From positions 1 through 55,572 of IMG/VR virus record IMGVR_UViG_3300043413_000016: a DNA stretch of 55,572 nucleotides; one strand, 5' to 3'. The notes under the pieces are model-generated. The model made no database searches. It worked only from the letters and a program-made list of their open reading frames with translations, and was not told where the DNA came from. The first letter of the stretch is position 1, and every line of letters begins with the position of its first letter. The DNA comes from a virus (Duplodnaviria > Caudoviricetes). Both the position numbers and the translations under genes were made by a program. This document shows positions 39,099-48,459 of this stretch, in pieces.

Positions 39099-39739
39099 GT
39101 GCCGGTGATCCCCGCACCTGAAACAGACCAGCGGTTGGTGCCAGGGATGCGAATCACCGTGCATCCGCCGCCTGCCGCGATGGTGATGCTGGAAACCGTG
39201 CCTGTGCCCAGCAGTAGGAAGTTGCCACTGGTGGCGGTCAGCGTGATGGCGCCTGCGCCCACCTCGTTGATGAAGGTGATGGCTGCGCCCATGCGGTAGC
39301 TCAGGTTGCCAAGCACCCAGGCCCGCGCCGTGGTGTCGCTTGCCGGGTGCACTTTGCTGCGGTTGGCGTCACCCAGCACCGTGGTGTAGGCGCTGCTGAT
39401 GGTGGCCTGCTCGATGTTCATGAAGCCAACCGGCTCGCCAGTCGAATACTCAGCAGTGCCTGGAAGCACCAGCGTGCTCGACAGGCTGACCGTGGCCACG
39501 TCACGCGCGCCGGCCGTGTTCGTGCTGACGTTGATCTGGTTGGCCGTGCCAGCCACATCCAGGGGGTCATGGAACGCCGCCGCTTGCAGGTCCGTGATGT
39601 TGGTCTCGATCACGTCCAAGTCGTCGCGGATGCGGTCGAAGCCGTCTTCAATGGCTGCGAACTGGGTTTCCAGCATGCGCGCCCGCGCCAGGTTGCCGGC
39701 AATGCTGGTGAAGGTCTCGTTGTAGTAGATGTTGGGCAT
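39095..39739 (-). CDS. tail fibre/needle-like protein
   Basis: N-terminal ETQFAAIEDGF anchor-like segment; follows the nozzle gene. Confidence 0.65.
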   Translation of the reverse strand: MPNIYYNETFTSIAGNLARARMLETQFAAIEDGFDRIRDDLDVIETNITDLQAAAFHDPLDVAGTANQINVSTNTAGARDVATVSLSSTLVLPGTAEYSTGEPVGFMNIEQATISSAYTTVLGDANRSKVHPASDTTARAWVLGNLSYRMGAAITFINEVGAGAITLTATSGNFLLLGTGTVSSITIAAGGGCTVIRIPGTNRWSVSGAGITGT

Positions 39740-39740
39740 G

Positions 39741-41810
39741 TCAGCGTCCCAGTCGGCGGGGAGTGAAGAACAGCGTAACTGAGCGAATCGTGTGCGGCAG
39801 TTCGGTCTTGGAGCGGGACACAAAGATGGGCGACACATGGGTGCCGAAGCCCTCGAACGTGAAGCGCTTGCGGGCAATGCCGGTCACGTCGTAGTAGGCC
39901 TCGTCAAAGTTCCTGGTGTCGTAGTACAGGCCCGCGCCGCCGTGGCTGGTCTGCACCGCCTCAAGCGGGTCTGACTCTTCCTCGCCGTCGTCAAACTCGG
40001 CGCCCACGCTGAAGCGGCAGGCGCTCTTGGTGTGCGCCTCAAGCTCCACGCGGCGGTATTGCTTGATCGTCACAGGCGACTTTTGGAGCAACTCGGTCAG
40101 CCGCATGGCGCGGTCAGCCTCAACGCCATCAAACGACCGGCCCACGTCCGCCTCGTACACAAAGCCGTTGTCAGCCGCGTAGAACGTGCGTGGCACGCCA
40201 TCAATTTCCGCATGCTCGGCCAGAACGATGTTGATGCCGTAGTCAATGGTGGTCCACTCAAACTGGCCGCGGCCAACAGCGTTGCCCGACACTGCGGTGC
40301 CGTCGCCAAAGAAGACGCGCCACTTGCTGCGGTTGGCCACAAACACGCTGCACTGCGGTTCCTGGCCGCGCGCAATGGGCTCAATCTGCTGGCTCACCGT
40401 GTCCCACACGAAGTTGCCGAAGCTCTGCGCGGCGGGATAGCGCACAAAGCCGGGCTGGTCGATGGCCACCGTGCCGCCGATGTCGTGGCCGCTGTAGGGC
40501 CGTGCGCCTTGCACGCGACTCAGGTTGACCAGATTCCAATCGGCCGCGCTGTTGCCGTACAGGGTCCACACCGCGTTTTGGCACAGGATCATCAGCGCCG
40601 CGGCGTTCTCCGAACCGCCCACAGACACAAGGTTGGTCACCACGTCGCCTGTGCCCAGTTCGGCCGCGCCAAAGATCACGCTCCACTTGTAGGGCTCACC
40701 AATGCCGCTGTGCTGCAGGCTGCCGCGATACCCGAAGAACAGATGGTTCTTGTGGCACTTCACAGCCAGGGCCCGCACGCTGCCCATGCCGGTATTCAGC
40801 GGCACATATACGTCATCGGGCCCCAGCTCAAACTCGGGGTTCACGCCGTCGCAGCCATACAGGCGCTGGTCTTCCAGGCGTGCGGTGAAGCTGTAGCGGT
40901 CGGTCTGCACCCGGCCAGCCACGGCCAGGGCAATCTGCGCCGATGCGCCGGCCAGTGTCAGCGTGCCGCCTGAAGTCAGTGCGCCGGCTGCAAACGCCCC
41001 ACCCGTGGGTGCCGTGACGATCAGCCGGCCGGCCGCGTTGCTGGTGGTCCAGTCGCCTGACTCAAGCACTACGCGCTTGACCGTGGCACTCACACCAGAC
41101 TGCGCAATGGTGGCGCCCTCGGTTGGCGCCACAGAACCACCAGTGAAGCTCACCTGATGATGCAGCGTCACTTGTTGCCAGCCGGTCGGCGTGCTCTTGA
41201 ACAGGTTCATCGCCGTGATGGCCACGTTGTCTCGCCAAGCGTAGACCGTGGTGCCCAGGATGGCCAGCCCACGGATGCGGCTGAATCCAGGCACGGCAGT
41301 GATGTCGGCGCGGTACACGTCAGCAGCTCCGGCCGCCAGTTCGTTGTCGCGGAAGCCGTCAATCTCAGGCTCCAGCGTTGCTACGGTGCCCACCGGGGAA
41401 CCGCTGACGTTCAACACCTCGGCAGCGGCAAAGGTGCCTGTCACCTTCGTGACGGCCAGCTTTTTGCCTTCAACAAAGAAGCACCGGCCCGTTGCGCCGC
41501 TGGTGGCGCCCGTGATCGTGTTGCCGACGGCCGCCGTGGTGTTGGCCGTGCACTCGATGTACACGTAGTCGGCCTCGCTGGGGCTGAATCTACCGTCGAA
41601 GCGCTCAATGCCGCCCAGGCCCTCATACCCGCCACCAATGGCCGCCTCGTAGTTCACAGCCATGCGCAGGGTTCCCGGCTTGGCCATCAGCGGTGGGGAA
41701 ACGATGTCAAGGCCGCCCGTCAGCCCAACTGCGGAAACCTCGACCTTAGCGCTGGCAGCGGTGGCATGCGGTTTAAGCAAGCGGTCCACCCAGGGTGATG
41801 GGGCGCGCAT
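39741..41810 (-). CDS. podovirus tail nozzle / DNA stabilisation protein
   Basis: Size, beta-rich composition, HKNHLF...HSGIGEP.KW; position after the adaptor. Confidence 0.75.
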   Translation of the reverse strand: MRAPSPWVDRLLKPHATAASAKVEVSAVGLTGGLDIVSPPLMAKPGTLRMAVNYEAAIGGGYEGLGGIERFDGRFSPSEADYVYIECTANTTAAVGNTITGATSGATGRCFFVEGKKLAVTKVTGTFAAAEVLNVSGSPVGTVATLEPEIDGFRDNELAAGAADVYRADITAVPGFSRIRGLAILGTTVYAWRDNVAITAMNLFKSTPTGWQQVTLHHQVSFTGGSVAPTEGATIAQSGVSATVKRVVLESGDWTTSNAAGRLIVTAPTGGAFAAGALTSGGTLTLAGASAQIALAVAGRVQTDRYSFTARLEDQRLYGCDGVNPEFELGPDDVYVPLNTGMGSVRALAVKCHKNHLFFGYRGSLQHSGIGEPYKWSVIFGAAELGTGDVVTNLVSVGGSENAAALMILCQNAVWTLYGNSAADWNLVNLSRVQGARPYSGHDIGGTVAIDQPGFVRYPAAQSFGNFVWDTVSQQIEPIARGQEPQCSVFVANRSKWRVFFGDGTAVSGNAVGRGQFEWTTIDYGINIVLAEHAEIDGVPRTFYAADNGFVYEADVGRSFDGVEADRAMRLTELLQKSPVTIKQYRRVELEAHTKSACRFSVGAEFDDGEEESDPLEAVQTSHGGAGLYYDTRNFDEAYYDVTGIARKRFTFEGFGTHVSPIFVSRSKTELPHTIRSVTLFFTPRRLGR

Positions 41811-42456
41811 ACTCCGACATCAGACTGGCTTCATCGCGCCCGTAGTTCGCGGCTGCGCGGGCCAGCACGTCGGGCGCGTTGTCAAACTTGCCCGCCTCGA
41901 TCAAGGCCCGCCACACCAGCATCATGTGGTGCCGTGGCGCAAACTCAGGCACGTCGGCGTCGTCGGTCAGTTCGCTGGGCTCTTGCTTGTACTCAAAGCG
42001 GATGGTGTACGTTGCGCCATCGGGCTTGGGGCCGATCAGCAGTGCGCCGTCGTCATCCTCGGACCAAGCCAGCGGCCGTCCTGCGGGCTGCACTTGATCC
42101 ATGTAGTGCCGCCTGAAGTCGTCCAGCGGCATGAATGCCACGTCCCAGGTGTGCACGGGTTCGGCCGTCACGTAGGCCTTGAGCTTGTAGTCGTAGGACT
42201 CTTGACGCAGCGCCCAGAAGTCAGCAACGCCCAGGTCGGTGGCCGTGTACTTCATCTGGTTGGCGATGGTGGGCGAGTCCTTGCGCTTGCGCATCCAGCG
42301 CCAGTCAATCGGGCGCGTCTGCAGTTCGCGCCAGGCGTCTCCGATCCAGTCAAACAGGCGCTGATGCTCCTTGATGGCGCCTGTGACCGATGCGGGGCCT
42401 ACACCGCTGCGGCCCGTTTCGCGGTGTAGCCGCTGCGCGAGCTGCAGCAGGTTCAT
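41773..42456 (-). CDS. head-tail adaptor (tail tubular A-like)
   Basis: MNLLQLAQRL...WRWM...GPKPD...HMMLVW. Confidence 0.75.
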   Translation of the reverse strand: MNLLQLAQRLHRETGRSGVGPASVTGAIKEHQRLFDWIGDAWRELQTRPIDWRWMRKRKDSPTIANQMKYTATDLGVADFWALRQESYDYKLKAYVTAEPVHTWDVAFMPLDDFRRHYMDQVQPAGRPLAWSEDDDGALLIGPKPDGATYTIRFEYKQEPSELTDDADVPEFAPRHHMMLVWRALIEAGKFDNAPDVLARAAANYGRDEASLMSEYARPITLGGPLA

Positions 42457-42935
42457 CAGCTACCTTCGCGGGTCACCCGGGCCAGCCACTGGGCGCCCTT
42501 GGGGTTGGGGTCGTGGATCACGCTGAACCCGTAGTCGCTGGACGTGGTGCGCAGGGTCTGCATCTGCTCGTCCTCGTTCGGGTTGCGCACTTGCTGGGTG
42601 CGGTAGGTGGTGCTCTGCGAGCGGGCCATCACCTCGACCATGCGGCGCGGCACGCCCTTGATGCGGGTGCCACGGCGGAACCAGGCCTGCTGGCCGTTCA
42701 CGCCCACGAACACGGCCGGTGGCGCGTTCTTGTCGCTGCTGGTGTGGATGCTGATGGTCAGCGGTTCGGACATGAATTTCTCCATCTCCACCGCGTCCTG
42801 AAACTCGCGCACGCTCACGATCGGGATGTTGGCAGTCAGGGCGCCTTGCATGCAATGGGCGAAGTCCACCGCGCCATCGTCTGTGTCGTCCACAAAGTCG
42901 GGTGAGTGCAGTTCGCGGGCTTGACCTCGGGCCAT
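42456..42935 (-). CDS. virion morphogenesis hypothetical protein
   Basis: VGVNG...RG...VP..VEV motif; AGGAG RBS. Confidence 0.7.
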   Translation of the reverse strand: MARGQARELHSPDFVDDTDDGAVDFAHCMQGALTANIPIVSVREFQDAVEMEKFMSEPLTISIHTSSDKNAPPAVFVGVNGQQAWFRRGTRIKGVPRRMVEVMARSQSTTYRTQQVRNPNEDEQMQTLRTTSSDYGFSVIHDPNPKGAQWLARVTREGS

Positions 42936-42953
42936 GGGTTCTCCTGTTGAAGT

Positions 42954-42982
42954 GGGCGCGCTACCACCACGGCAGCGCGCCC
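42954..42982 (-). terminator. GC hairpin after the decoration gene
   Basis: GGGCGCGCT...AGCGCGCCC; no strong U tract. Confidence 0.4.
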
Positions 42983-42991
42983 GGGTCGCCA

Positions 42992-43453
42992 TCAGTAGGC
43001 GATGGGTCGTGACGTGACGCTGCCCACGGCGTCGATGTGGGTGTCAACCACGTCGCTGGCGCCCAGGTCGGTCGAGCCGGCCGTGAACGTGGCCGTGCCA
43101 TCGGTGCGGATGACGGTGGCGCCAATGCACACGAAGCCTTCACGGTCGGGCCACTCCCAAACGCCGGGCTGGTAGGAGGCGCTCAGGGTGCTCGGCTTGA
43201 TGGAGCTTTGGATCGCCGTGATGGCGCCGGCTGCGTTCATCATGTAGAAAAAGGCGCAGGTCTGCCGTGCGGCCAAGGCCGTGATGCTGGTGCCGGTGAA
43301 GGCGGCATAGGCGATGTTGTCGGTGGGCGCCTTGTAGACGGCGCGGCCTTCAATCTCGGCCGTGATGGCGTAGGTCGTCTTGAAGGTGTTGGCGTTCGTG
43401 CCTTCGGCAATGCCGCCTGCAGTCAGCGCGTAGTTGTCGCGGGTAGTGTTCAT
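42992..43453 (-). CDS. capsid decoration/cement-like protein
   Basis: Small beta-rich ORF directly after the major capsid gene. Confidence 0.6.
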   Translation of the reverse strand: MNTTRDNYALTAGGIAEGTNANTFKTTYAITAEIEGRAVYKAPTDNIAYAAFTGTSITALAARQTCAFFYMMNAAGAITAIQSSIKPSTLSASYQPGVWEWPDREGFVCIGATVIRTDGTATFTAGSTDLGASDVVDTHIDAVGSVTSRPIAY

Positions 43454-43486
43454 CGTGGTCTTTCAAGTTGGGTTGTGACCGGGGCG

Positions 43487-43510
43487 CTCACTGGAAGATT
43501 TACCAGTGAG
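43487..43510. repeat. 24-bp palindrome copy 2
   Basis: Identical to copy 1; intergenic after the capsid gene. Confidence 0.85.
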
Positions 43511-43523
43511 CACCGTTTCAGGC

Positions 43524-44597
43524 TCAGGACACCAGGGCCGAGGCGGCAACCTCGTAGATCGCCATGTGACCTTCGTTCAGCCGCACAGCGGCGAAGTAGG
43601 TCTGGGCACCGACGTAGCCGCGCTGGCCGTGCGGGTCGTCCTTGGTCTTCTCGTTGGCCGGGATGTGGGTCACGTTGATCGCTTCGCGGCCACGCAGCAT
43701 CACGTCACCGAAGCACTTCTCGGACATGACCAGCATCGGGTACACGTCCACGGCTTCGCTGCCGGCGCTGTTGGGCACGCCGTTGGCCAAGCGGGTGTTG
43801 GCCGTGGTGGTGCCGCCAGCGCTCAGGTACGGGGCCAGGTGCGGGCTCGGGATGAAGCGGAAGTTCTCAAACTTGCCCGATTCGTTCTCGTGCACACGGC
43901 TGGTAGTGCCGTACTCGGCAGCCGGGGTGAAGTCGGCGCCGAACACCGCCCGCAGGTCGCTGGTCAGGTTGGTGTGGTGCACTACCACGTAGCCCGGTTC
44001 GACCGGAACCGTGCCCACCTTGACGCTGCCCGAGAGCATCTCGGTCACGTTGGTGGCAAGGTTGTTGTGCATGCTGCGCGCGATGTTGCGGAAGCCAGCG
44101 GCCGACAACAGGCCCACCACGCTGGAACGACCCGCCACTCCACCGGCATAGAAGCGGTTGGTGCCTGCCTTCAGCACGCCCCAGCGGATCATCTCCATCA
44201 GCAGACCCATGCGCTCGCCGGTCAGCATCTTCATTTCCGTGGGCACGTCGTCTTCGTACAGGTCGGCCACCCGGTTGCTGTAGCGGTAGAGCACGCCGTA
44301 CTCTTCCAGCGTGACGCTGATGTCCTGCGCCACGATGCTTTCGGCGTTGGGGGTCTCGCCTTCGTTCAGGCGGTGCGTGGCCGGATCCACGTTCCAGGTA
44401 TTCGGCGATGCACTGGTGGCGCCCTTCGGCAGCCAGCGGCGAAAGATTTGCGTCTCCGACACGTTCTTGGGCATGGGCTTCTTCAAGCCCACGCCGACGC
44501 GGCCGATGACTTCCTGGGGCAAGACATGCTTGAGGATCTCGCCCTTGAACTTGGCAATGCGCGCTTCTTGGGGCGTTGCCATCTGTTGAGTGCTCAT
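43524..44597 (-). CDS. major capsid protein (N4-gp56-like family)
   Basis: MPKN...FRR...LNEGETP...EYG...ESG...RF...DPHGQRG. Confidence 0.9.
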   Translation of the reverse strand: MSTQQMATPQEARIAKFKGEILKHVLPQEVIGRVGVGLKKPMPKNVSETQIFRRWLPKGATSASPNTWNVDPATHRLNEGETPNAESIVAQDISVTLEEYGVLYRYSNRVADLYEDDVPTEMKMLTGERMGLLMEMIRWGVLKAGTNRFYAGGVAGRSSVVGLLSAAGFRNIARSMHNNLATNVTEMLSGSVKVGTVPVEPGYVVVHHTNLTSDLRAVFGADFTPAAEYGTTSRVHENESGKFENFRFIPSPHLAPYLSAGGTTTANTRLANGVPNSAGSEAVDVYPMLVMSEKCFGDVMLRGREAINVTHIPANEKTKDDPHGQRGYVGAQTYFAAVRLNEGHMAIYEVAASALVS

Positions 44598-44617
44598 TTC
44601 AATTCCTTGGTTGGGAC

Positions 44618-45421
44618 TTATCTGGCGCCTGCGCGCTCAAAGATGTCGTCCAGTGTTTCGGCTGGTTGCGGTGCGCGCCTGCCAGCCCCGGCTGGGGCGA
44701 CTGCGGCGGCTGCCCGCGTGGTGCGTGTCTGTGCGAGCTTCTGGGCCTGTGCTTGCCGTTCAGCTTCCAGGCGTGCGCGCTCGGCCTGCAGTTCCTTGTG
44801 CGCGTCGAACCGGGTCAGCGCGCCCAAAAGCACGGCCTCGCTAGTGGTTGATTCGACTTTGCTTCGGTAGCCTGCGTCCTGGCGTGCCAGCCATTGCTGA
44901 AACTCGGACCCGATGACTTCCTCCTGCCAGCCTGGGCGCTCGGCCTCCAGCACCGGGGCCGTGGGGGCTTTGGTGTCGGTGTCGGGCTCCTGCTTGGCGT
45001 GCCGTGCGGCAAGAAACTCTTCAATGCCTTCGGCCACCTCGGGCAGTTCCTGGCGCAAGCGCTCGAACTTCTCCAGCTTCGGCGGTGCGGGCGGCGTTGG
45101 CGCCGGCAGTCGCGTGTTCAGGTCACCCAGTCGGCCCTCGGTCTTGCGGAGTCGCTGCTCCAGACCTTGAACCGCGGCGGCGGCCTGCTTGATCTGCTGA
45201 AACTCTTCGAGCATGGCCCGTACCTTGGGAGGCAGGCCAGCCAGTTCGTCGTCGGGCGTCTGTTGTTCTGCGGGTTGTGCGGCGGCTTCGACTGCTGCGG
45301 GCGCTGCATCTGCTTTCGCAGGCTCGGCCGCAACGGGCTCAGGTGCTGCCTTTGCGGGCGGCGCCTGATCGTCGGAAGCACCAGCTTCAAACATCGCATC
45401 CAACTCGGCTTCAGTGCTCAT
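44618..45421 (-). CDS. scaffolding protein
   Basis: Ala/Glu-rich with EFQQWL; directly upstream of the capsid gene. Confidence 0.75.
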   Translation of the reverse strand: MSTEAELDAMFEAGASDDQAPPAKAAPEPVAAEPAKADAAPAAVEAAAQPAEQQTPDDELAGLPPKVRAMLEEFQQIKQAAAAVQGLEQRLRKTEGRLGDLNTRLPAPTPPAPPKLEKFERLRQELPEVAEGIEEFLAARHAKQEPDTDTKAPTAPVLEAERPGWQEEVIGSEFQQWLARQDAGYRSKVESTTSEAVLLGALTRFDAHKELQAERARLEAERQAQAQKLAQTRTTRAAAAVAPAGAGRRAPQPAETLDDIFERAGAR

Positions 45422-45460
45422 TCACTCTCTCAAACACGTTGAACTCTCTTTGACAGTCGC

Positions 45461-45694
45461 CTATTCGGGGGCTGCCGCTTGTGCTGGGCCCGGCTTGGCC
45501 AGGTCAAGCAATTCCTTCAACTTGGAAATCTTTCCGCGCAGTGTGGCGGTGTCCAACTCGGTGTTTTGTGGGCGGTCGTTGACTTCGCGCGTGTACTGCA
45601 GTTGGGCTGTCATGTACGCGGCCAGCTTCTCCCAGGTGCGCGATTCAAAGTCGGCGCGGCCCAGGTCAAAGTCCTTGGGGTCGGGCTTGTTCAT
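45461..45694 (-). CDS. small conserved post-portal protein
   Basis: TWEKL...TATLRGKI..LKELL. Confidence 0.75.
   Translation of the reverse strand: MNKPDPKDFDLGRADFESRTWEKLAAYMTAQLQYTREVNDRPQNTELDTATLRGKISKLKELLDLAKPGPAQAAAPE
45540..45575 (-). promoter_or_regulatory. putative late promoter for scaffold/capsid
   Basis: CCGCCCACAAAAC-N17-CACACT. Confidence 0.7.
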
Positions 45695-47883
45695 ACGCCC
45701 TGGTTCGTCGGGTTGCCCGGGTCCATCTTCAGCGCGCGTTCAGCCAGGAACAGTTCGCGCTTGTCCCGGCTGTCGATGGTCTTGGTTGCCAGCATCGCCT
45801 TGAGCTGAGCGAAGGAGATTTCCTTCTGGCCGGCAAACTCCATCGCCTGAATCTGGAACTCAAGGTTTTTCACGTAGGACTGAAGGGCGCGATCCTTCTC
45901 TGCCTCGGCTGCCTCGAACTGCATGCGCTGCTGGGCCTCGGCGGCGCGGGCTTCAACCTGCTGGGCTGCCGACTGGGCGCGGATGTTGGCTGCCTCAATG
46001 CGCGGGTCTTGCGGCGGCGGTTGCTGCTGCTTGGCCTTCTGCATCTGCTCCCAGGTGGCCTTGTCGTATTCGATGCTGCTGAATGACATGCCATGCGCCT
46101 TGAACAACTCGGCATCCAGCTTGTCTGGGTCAATCCGGCTGTTCGGGCGCTGCGCCAGGCCGTGCGCTTGAATCAGGAACTCGCGGGCGATCTCGCGCTG
46201 CACCAGGGCTGATGAGCCACGGGCCACTACCTGCATGTCACCCTTGCCGCCCTCGGGGCCGGACTGCATGCCCCAGTCGTAGTACCGGCGAAGGTGCGGG
46301 ATGATGAGGCAATCGTCGAACTGCTTGGCGATGACACGCAGCGGGGCGCTGGCGTTGTTCATCAGCATCTGCATGCCGCCCAGCAATTCGGGTGCGCTGC
46401 CCTGCTGGCCCTGCATCAGCATCGGCAGGTTGGTCAGTTCGTCCGCCATCTGCAGGGCAAACGTGATGATGTTGGACAGTTCGACCTGTGCGCTGGGGAT
46501 GTTCCAGACCTGCATGGCCTTGGTGATGTCGCTCACCATTTCGTTGGGCACGAACTTCCACAGCTTGCGGCCGGTGATTGCGTAGTTGCCATCCACCGGC
46601 AGCAGCGCGCCTTCGGTGATGGCAATCTGAGGCCCGGCCGACAACCCCGCGTTCTCTAGCAGCGCACGCACGCCACCGTTCAGCACGCGCTGCGGCACTG
46701 CCATCTTGCGCGGCACGCCGCGGCCCCACGGCTGGCCTTCCACCGGCTCCCAGGGGAAGAAGTCAAACGGAAATTCGCCAGTCTCCAGCGGGTTGATCGC
46801 CACCTTGATGGGCTTGTCGTTCAGCATCGTGACGATGCTGGGCACGCTGGACAGGTACAGGTCTTCTTCCCGCAGCGCCGCCTGATCAACGCCCATTTCC
46901 AGCAGGGTTTCGGGCTCTACCTCGCCGTAGTAGTAGTACAGCTCGAACACGTCCGAGTCGCCCACTGTGTCGCCGTCTTGAGTGCGGTTGCGCCCGTCGT
47001 GGCGGCTGCGGCTGTTCGGGCCCTCCTTCAGCGCCTGGGCGATGGCCTCGGTGTCGTAGGCCGGGCTGCCGTCCTCGTTCATTACCTTGGCCAGCCGGCG
47101 CAGTTGCCTTGGCGTGATGTAGTCGCGCTCGACGAAATAGCTGCCGTTGTGGATGTCGTCACCGCAGGCTGGGTCGGGAAAGCAGTCGCGCGGATCTTTG
47201 CGCTTGCTGGTCGGCACGGTCTTGTCGCGCATCTGAAGCACGGCAACGCCGCTGGCCACGTCCCAGCGCTTTTCCTGCTTTGCCACAGGAAACGGGCCCT
47301 TCAGGATGCCCGTGCCCAGCCTGCCCGCATCGCGGATCACGTTGCGCAGTTCGGCGTAGACATCGCCTTCTGCCAGCCGATCCTCGATCCAGTCGGCCAT
47401 CTTCTTGCAGGCATTGGTGGCGCGCTGCATGGCCACCTGTGCAACCTGCTCGGCCGGGGCTTGTGTGCCGTCTGCCAGGGTCACCGGTTCCTGGCTGTTG
47501 GCATCTACCGCGTCAAGGAACTCAGGGATTGGCGTCGGCTCGATGCCCCAGGGCTTGTCATCGTGCGGCACCAGCATTTCCTGAATGCGGGCGACGGCGA
47601 TGTCCGTCTTGGGCTTTGTGATGTTGAGGTAGACCCTGCTGCGCGTGCTCTTCTGGTCAGTCTTGGCGCGGTTGTTCGCGTCCTTCACACCGCCCCGGGC
47701 CCGCGCGCTCAGTTCATCAATGCCGTCGTACTGGTCGGCGTCCTCATCCCAGATTTCCTCGATGCCGCTGGCCTGGCGCGCGTCCTTGGCTTCCTTGATG
47801 CGGCGGCACACCGTCGCGGTCAGCAGCGCCTTCAGGGGTGAGGCTTCGTCGTCGGCGGGGTCGCGGCTGCTGGGTTCTTGCAT
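45691..47883 (-). CDS. portal protein (podovirus type)
   Basis: GTGILKGP, FPDP, WGRGVP motifs and C-terminal coiled coil; ATG 47883. Confidence 0.9.
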   Translation of the reverse strand: MQEPSSRDPADDEASPLKALLTATVCRRIKEAKDARQASGIEEIWDEDADQYDGIDELSARARGGVKDANNRAKTDQKSTRSRVYLNITKPKTDIAVARIQEMLVPHDDKPWGIEPTPIPEFLDAVDANSQEPVTLADGTQAPAEQVAQVAMQRATNACKKMADWIEDRLAEGDVYAELRNVIRDAGRLGTGILKGPFPVAKQEKRWDVASGVAVLQMRDKTVPTSKRKDPRDCFPDPACGDDIHNGSYFVERDYITPRQLRRLAKVMNEDGSPAYDTEAIAQALKEGPNSRSRHDGRNRTQDGDTVGDSDVFELYYYYGEVEPETLLEMGVDQAALREEDLYLSSVPSIVTMLNDKPIKVAINPLETGEFPFDFFPWEPVEGQPWGRGVPRKMAVPQRVLNGGVRALLENAGLSAGPQIAITEGALLPVDGNYAITGRKLWKFVPNEMVSDITKAMQVWNIPSAQVELSNIITFALQMADELTNLPMLMQGQQGSAPELLGGMQMLMNNASAPLRVIAKQFDDCLIIPHLRRYYDWGMQSGPEGGKGDMQVVARGSSALVQREIAREFLIQAHGLAQRPNSRIDPDKLDAELFKAHGMSFSSIEYDKATWEQMQKAKQQQPPPQDPRIEAANIRAQSAAQQVEARAAEAQQRMQFEAAEAEKDRALQSYVKNLEFQIQAMEFAGQKEISFAQLKAMLATKTIDSRDKRELFLAERALKMDPGNPTNQGV

Positions 47884-47889
47884 CCCGGC

Positions 47890-47925
47890 ATGGTGCGGCG
47901 GTGCTCTGCAGCGTTTTGTGGGCGG
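47890..47925 (-). promoter_or_regulatory. putative late promoter, leaderless portal mRNA
   Basis: CCGCCCACAAAAC-N17-CACCAT-N6-ATG. Confidence 0.75.
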
Positions 47926-48299
47926 CTTTCGATGGTGGAGGCTGGACGATCGGGCAAAAACCTGCCTAAGTCCACCGTGGCGGCGAACTTGGCGGCTTTG
48001 CTTTCGACGGAGCCAGGCCGGCGCGTCCCGAGCATGCGGTGCGTTTCCAGGGCACACCACACATGGCAGGCTTTCCGCTCGCTGGAGCGTTCTGCACGGA
48101 CCCGCCAGCGTTGCCAGCACTCCGCAAGCCTTCGCGCTCACGGACCAGCAACACAAGACCCCCGCTGCGCCTGCATCTTCTGTGCGCAGCCACGAGTGCA
48201 GTCAGAACGTCGTTGACAGTTCCCGTGCGGTCCTACAGCGCACTCTGCGCCTTCCTACCCCCGGCCACCTATCTCAACCCGATAGACCCTGCAGCACCG

Positions 48300-48417
48300 G
48301 AAACGACAAAGCCCTGAAGGCATACCGTTCCGTGGGTGCGACACGGCCCCCTTTCGGGGCAAGACGGTATGGCTTCAGGGCTCACACGGATTGTCTGCCA
48401 AGGTCGCACCCAATGGC
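48300..48417 (-). ncRNA. candidate structured ncRNA (three-way junction plus U-rich tail)
   Basis: Long stem 48310-48328/48364-48382 enclosing CCCC-GAAA-GGGG and CCGTG/CACGG hairpins, followed by TTTGTCGTTT. Confidence 0.5.
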
Positions 48418-48423
48418 AAGCAC

Positions 48424-48459
48424 ATCCTATGGGTGTGTGTTGTGCTGTTTTGTGGGCGG
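48424..48459 (-). promoter_or_regulatory. putative late promoter upstream of the ncRNA candidate
   Basis: CCGCCCACAAAAC-N17-TAGGAT. Confidence 0.75.

Noticed and set aside
43506-44870. 454-aa plus-strand ORF
   Set aside because: Antisense shadow of the capsid gene.
47884-48156. N-terminal extension of portal in the ORF track
   Set aside because: Atypical composition; the promoter position supports ATG 47883.
48310-48382. Hammerhead ribozyme or tRNA
   Set aside because: Lacks the CUGAnGA core at the junction and the tRNA T-loop/cloverleaf.
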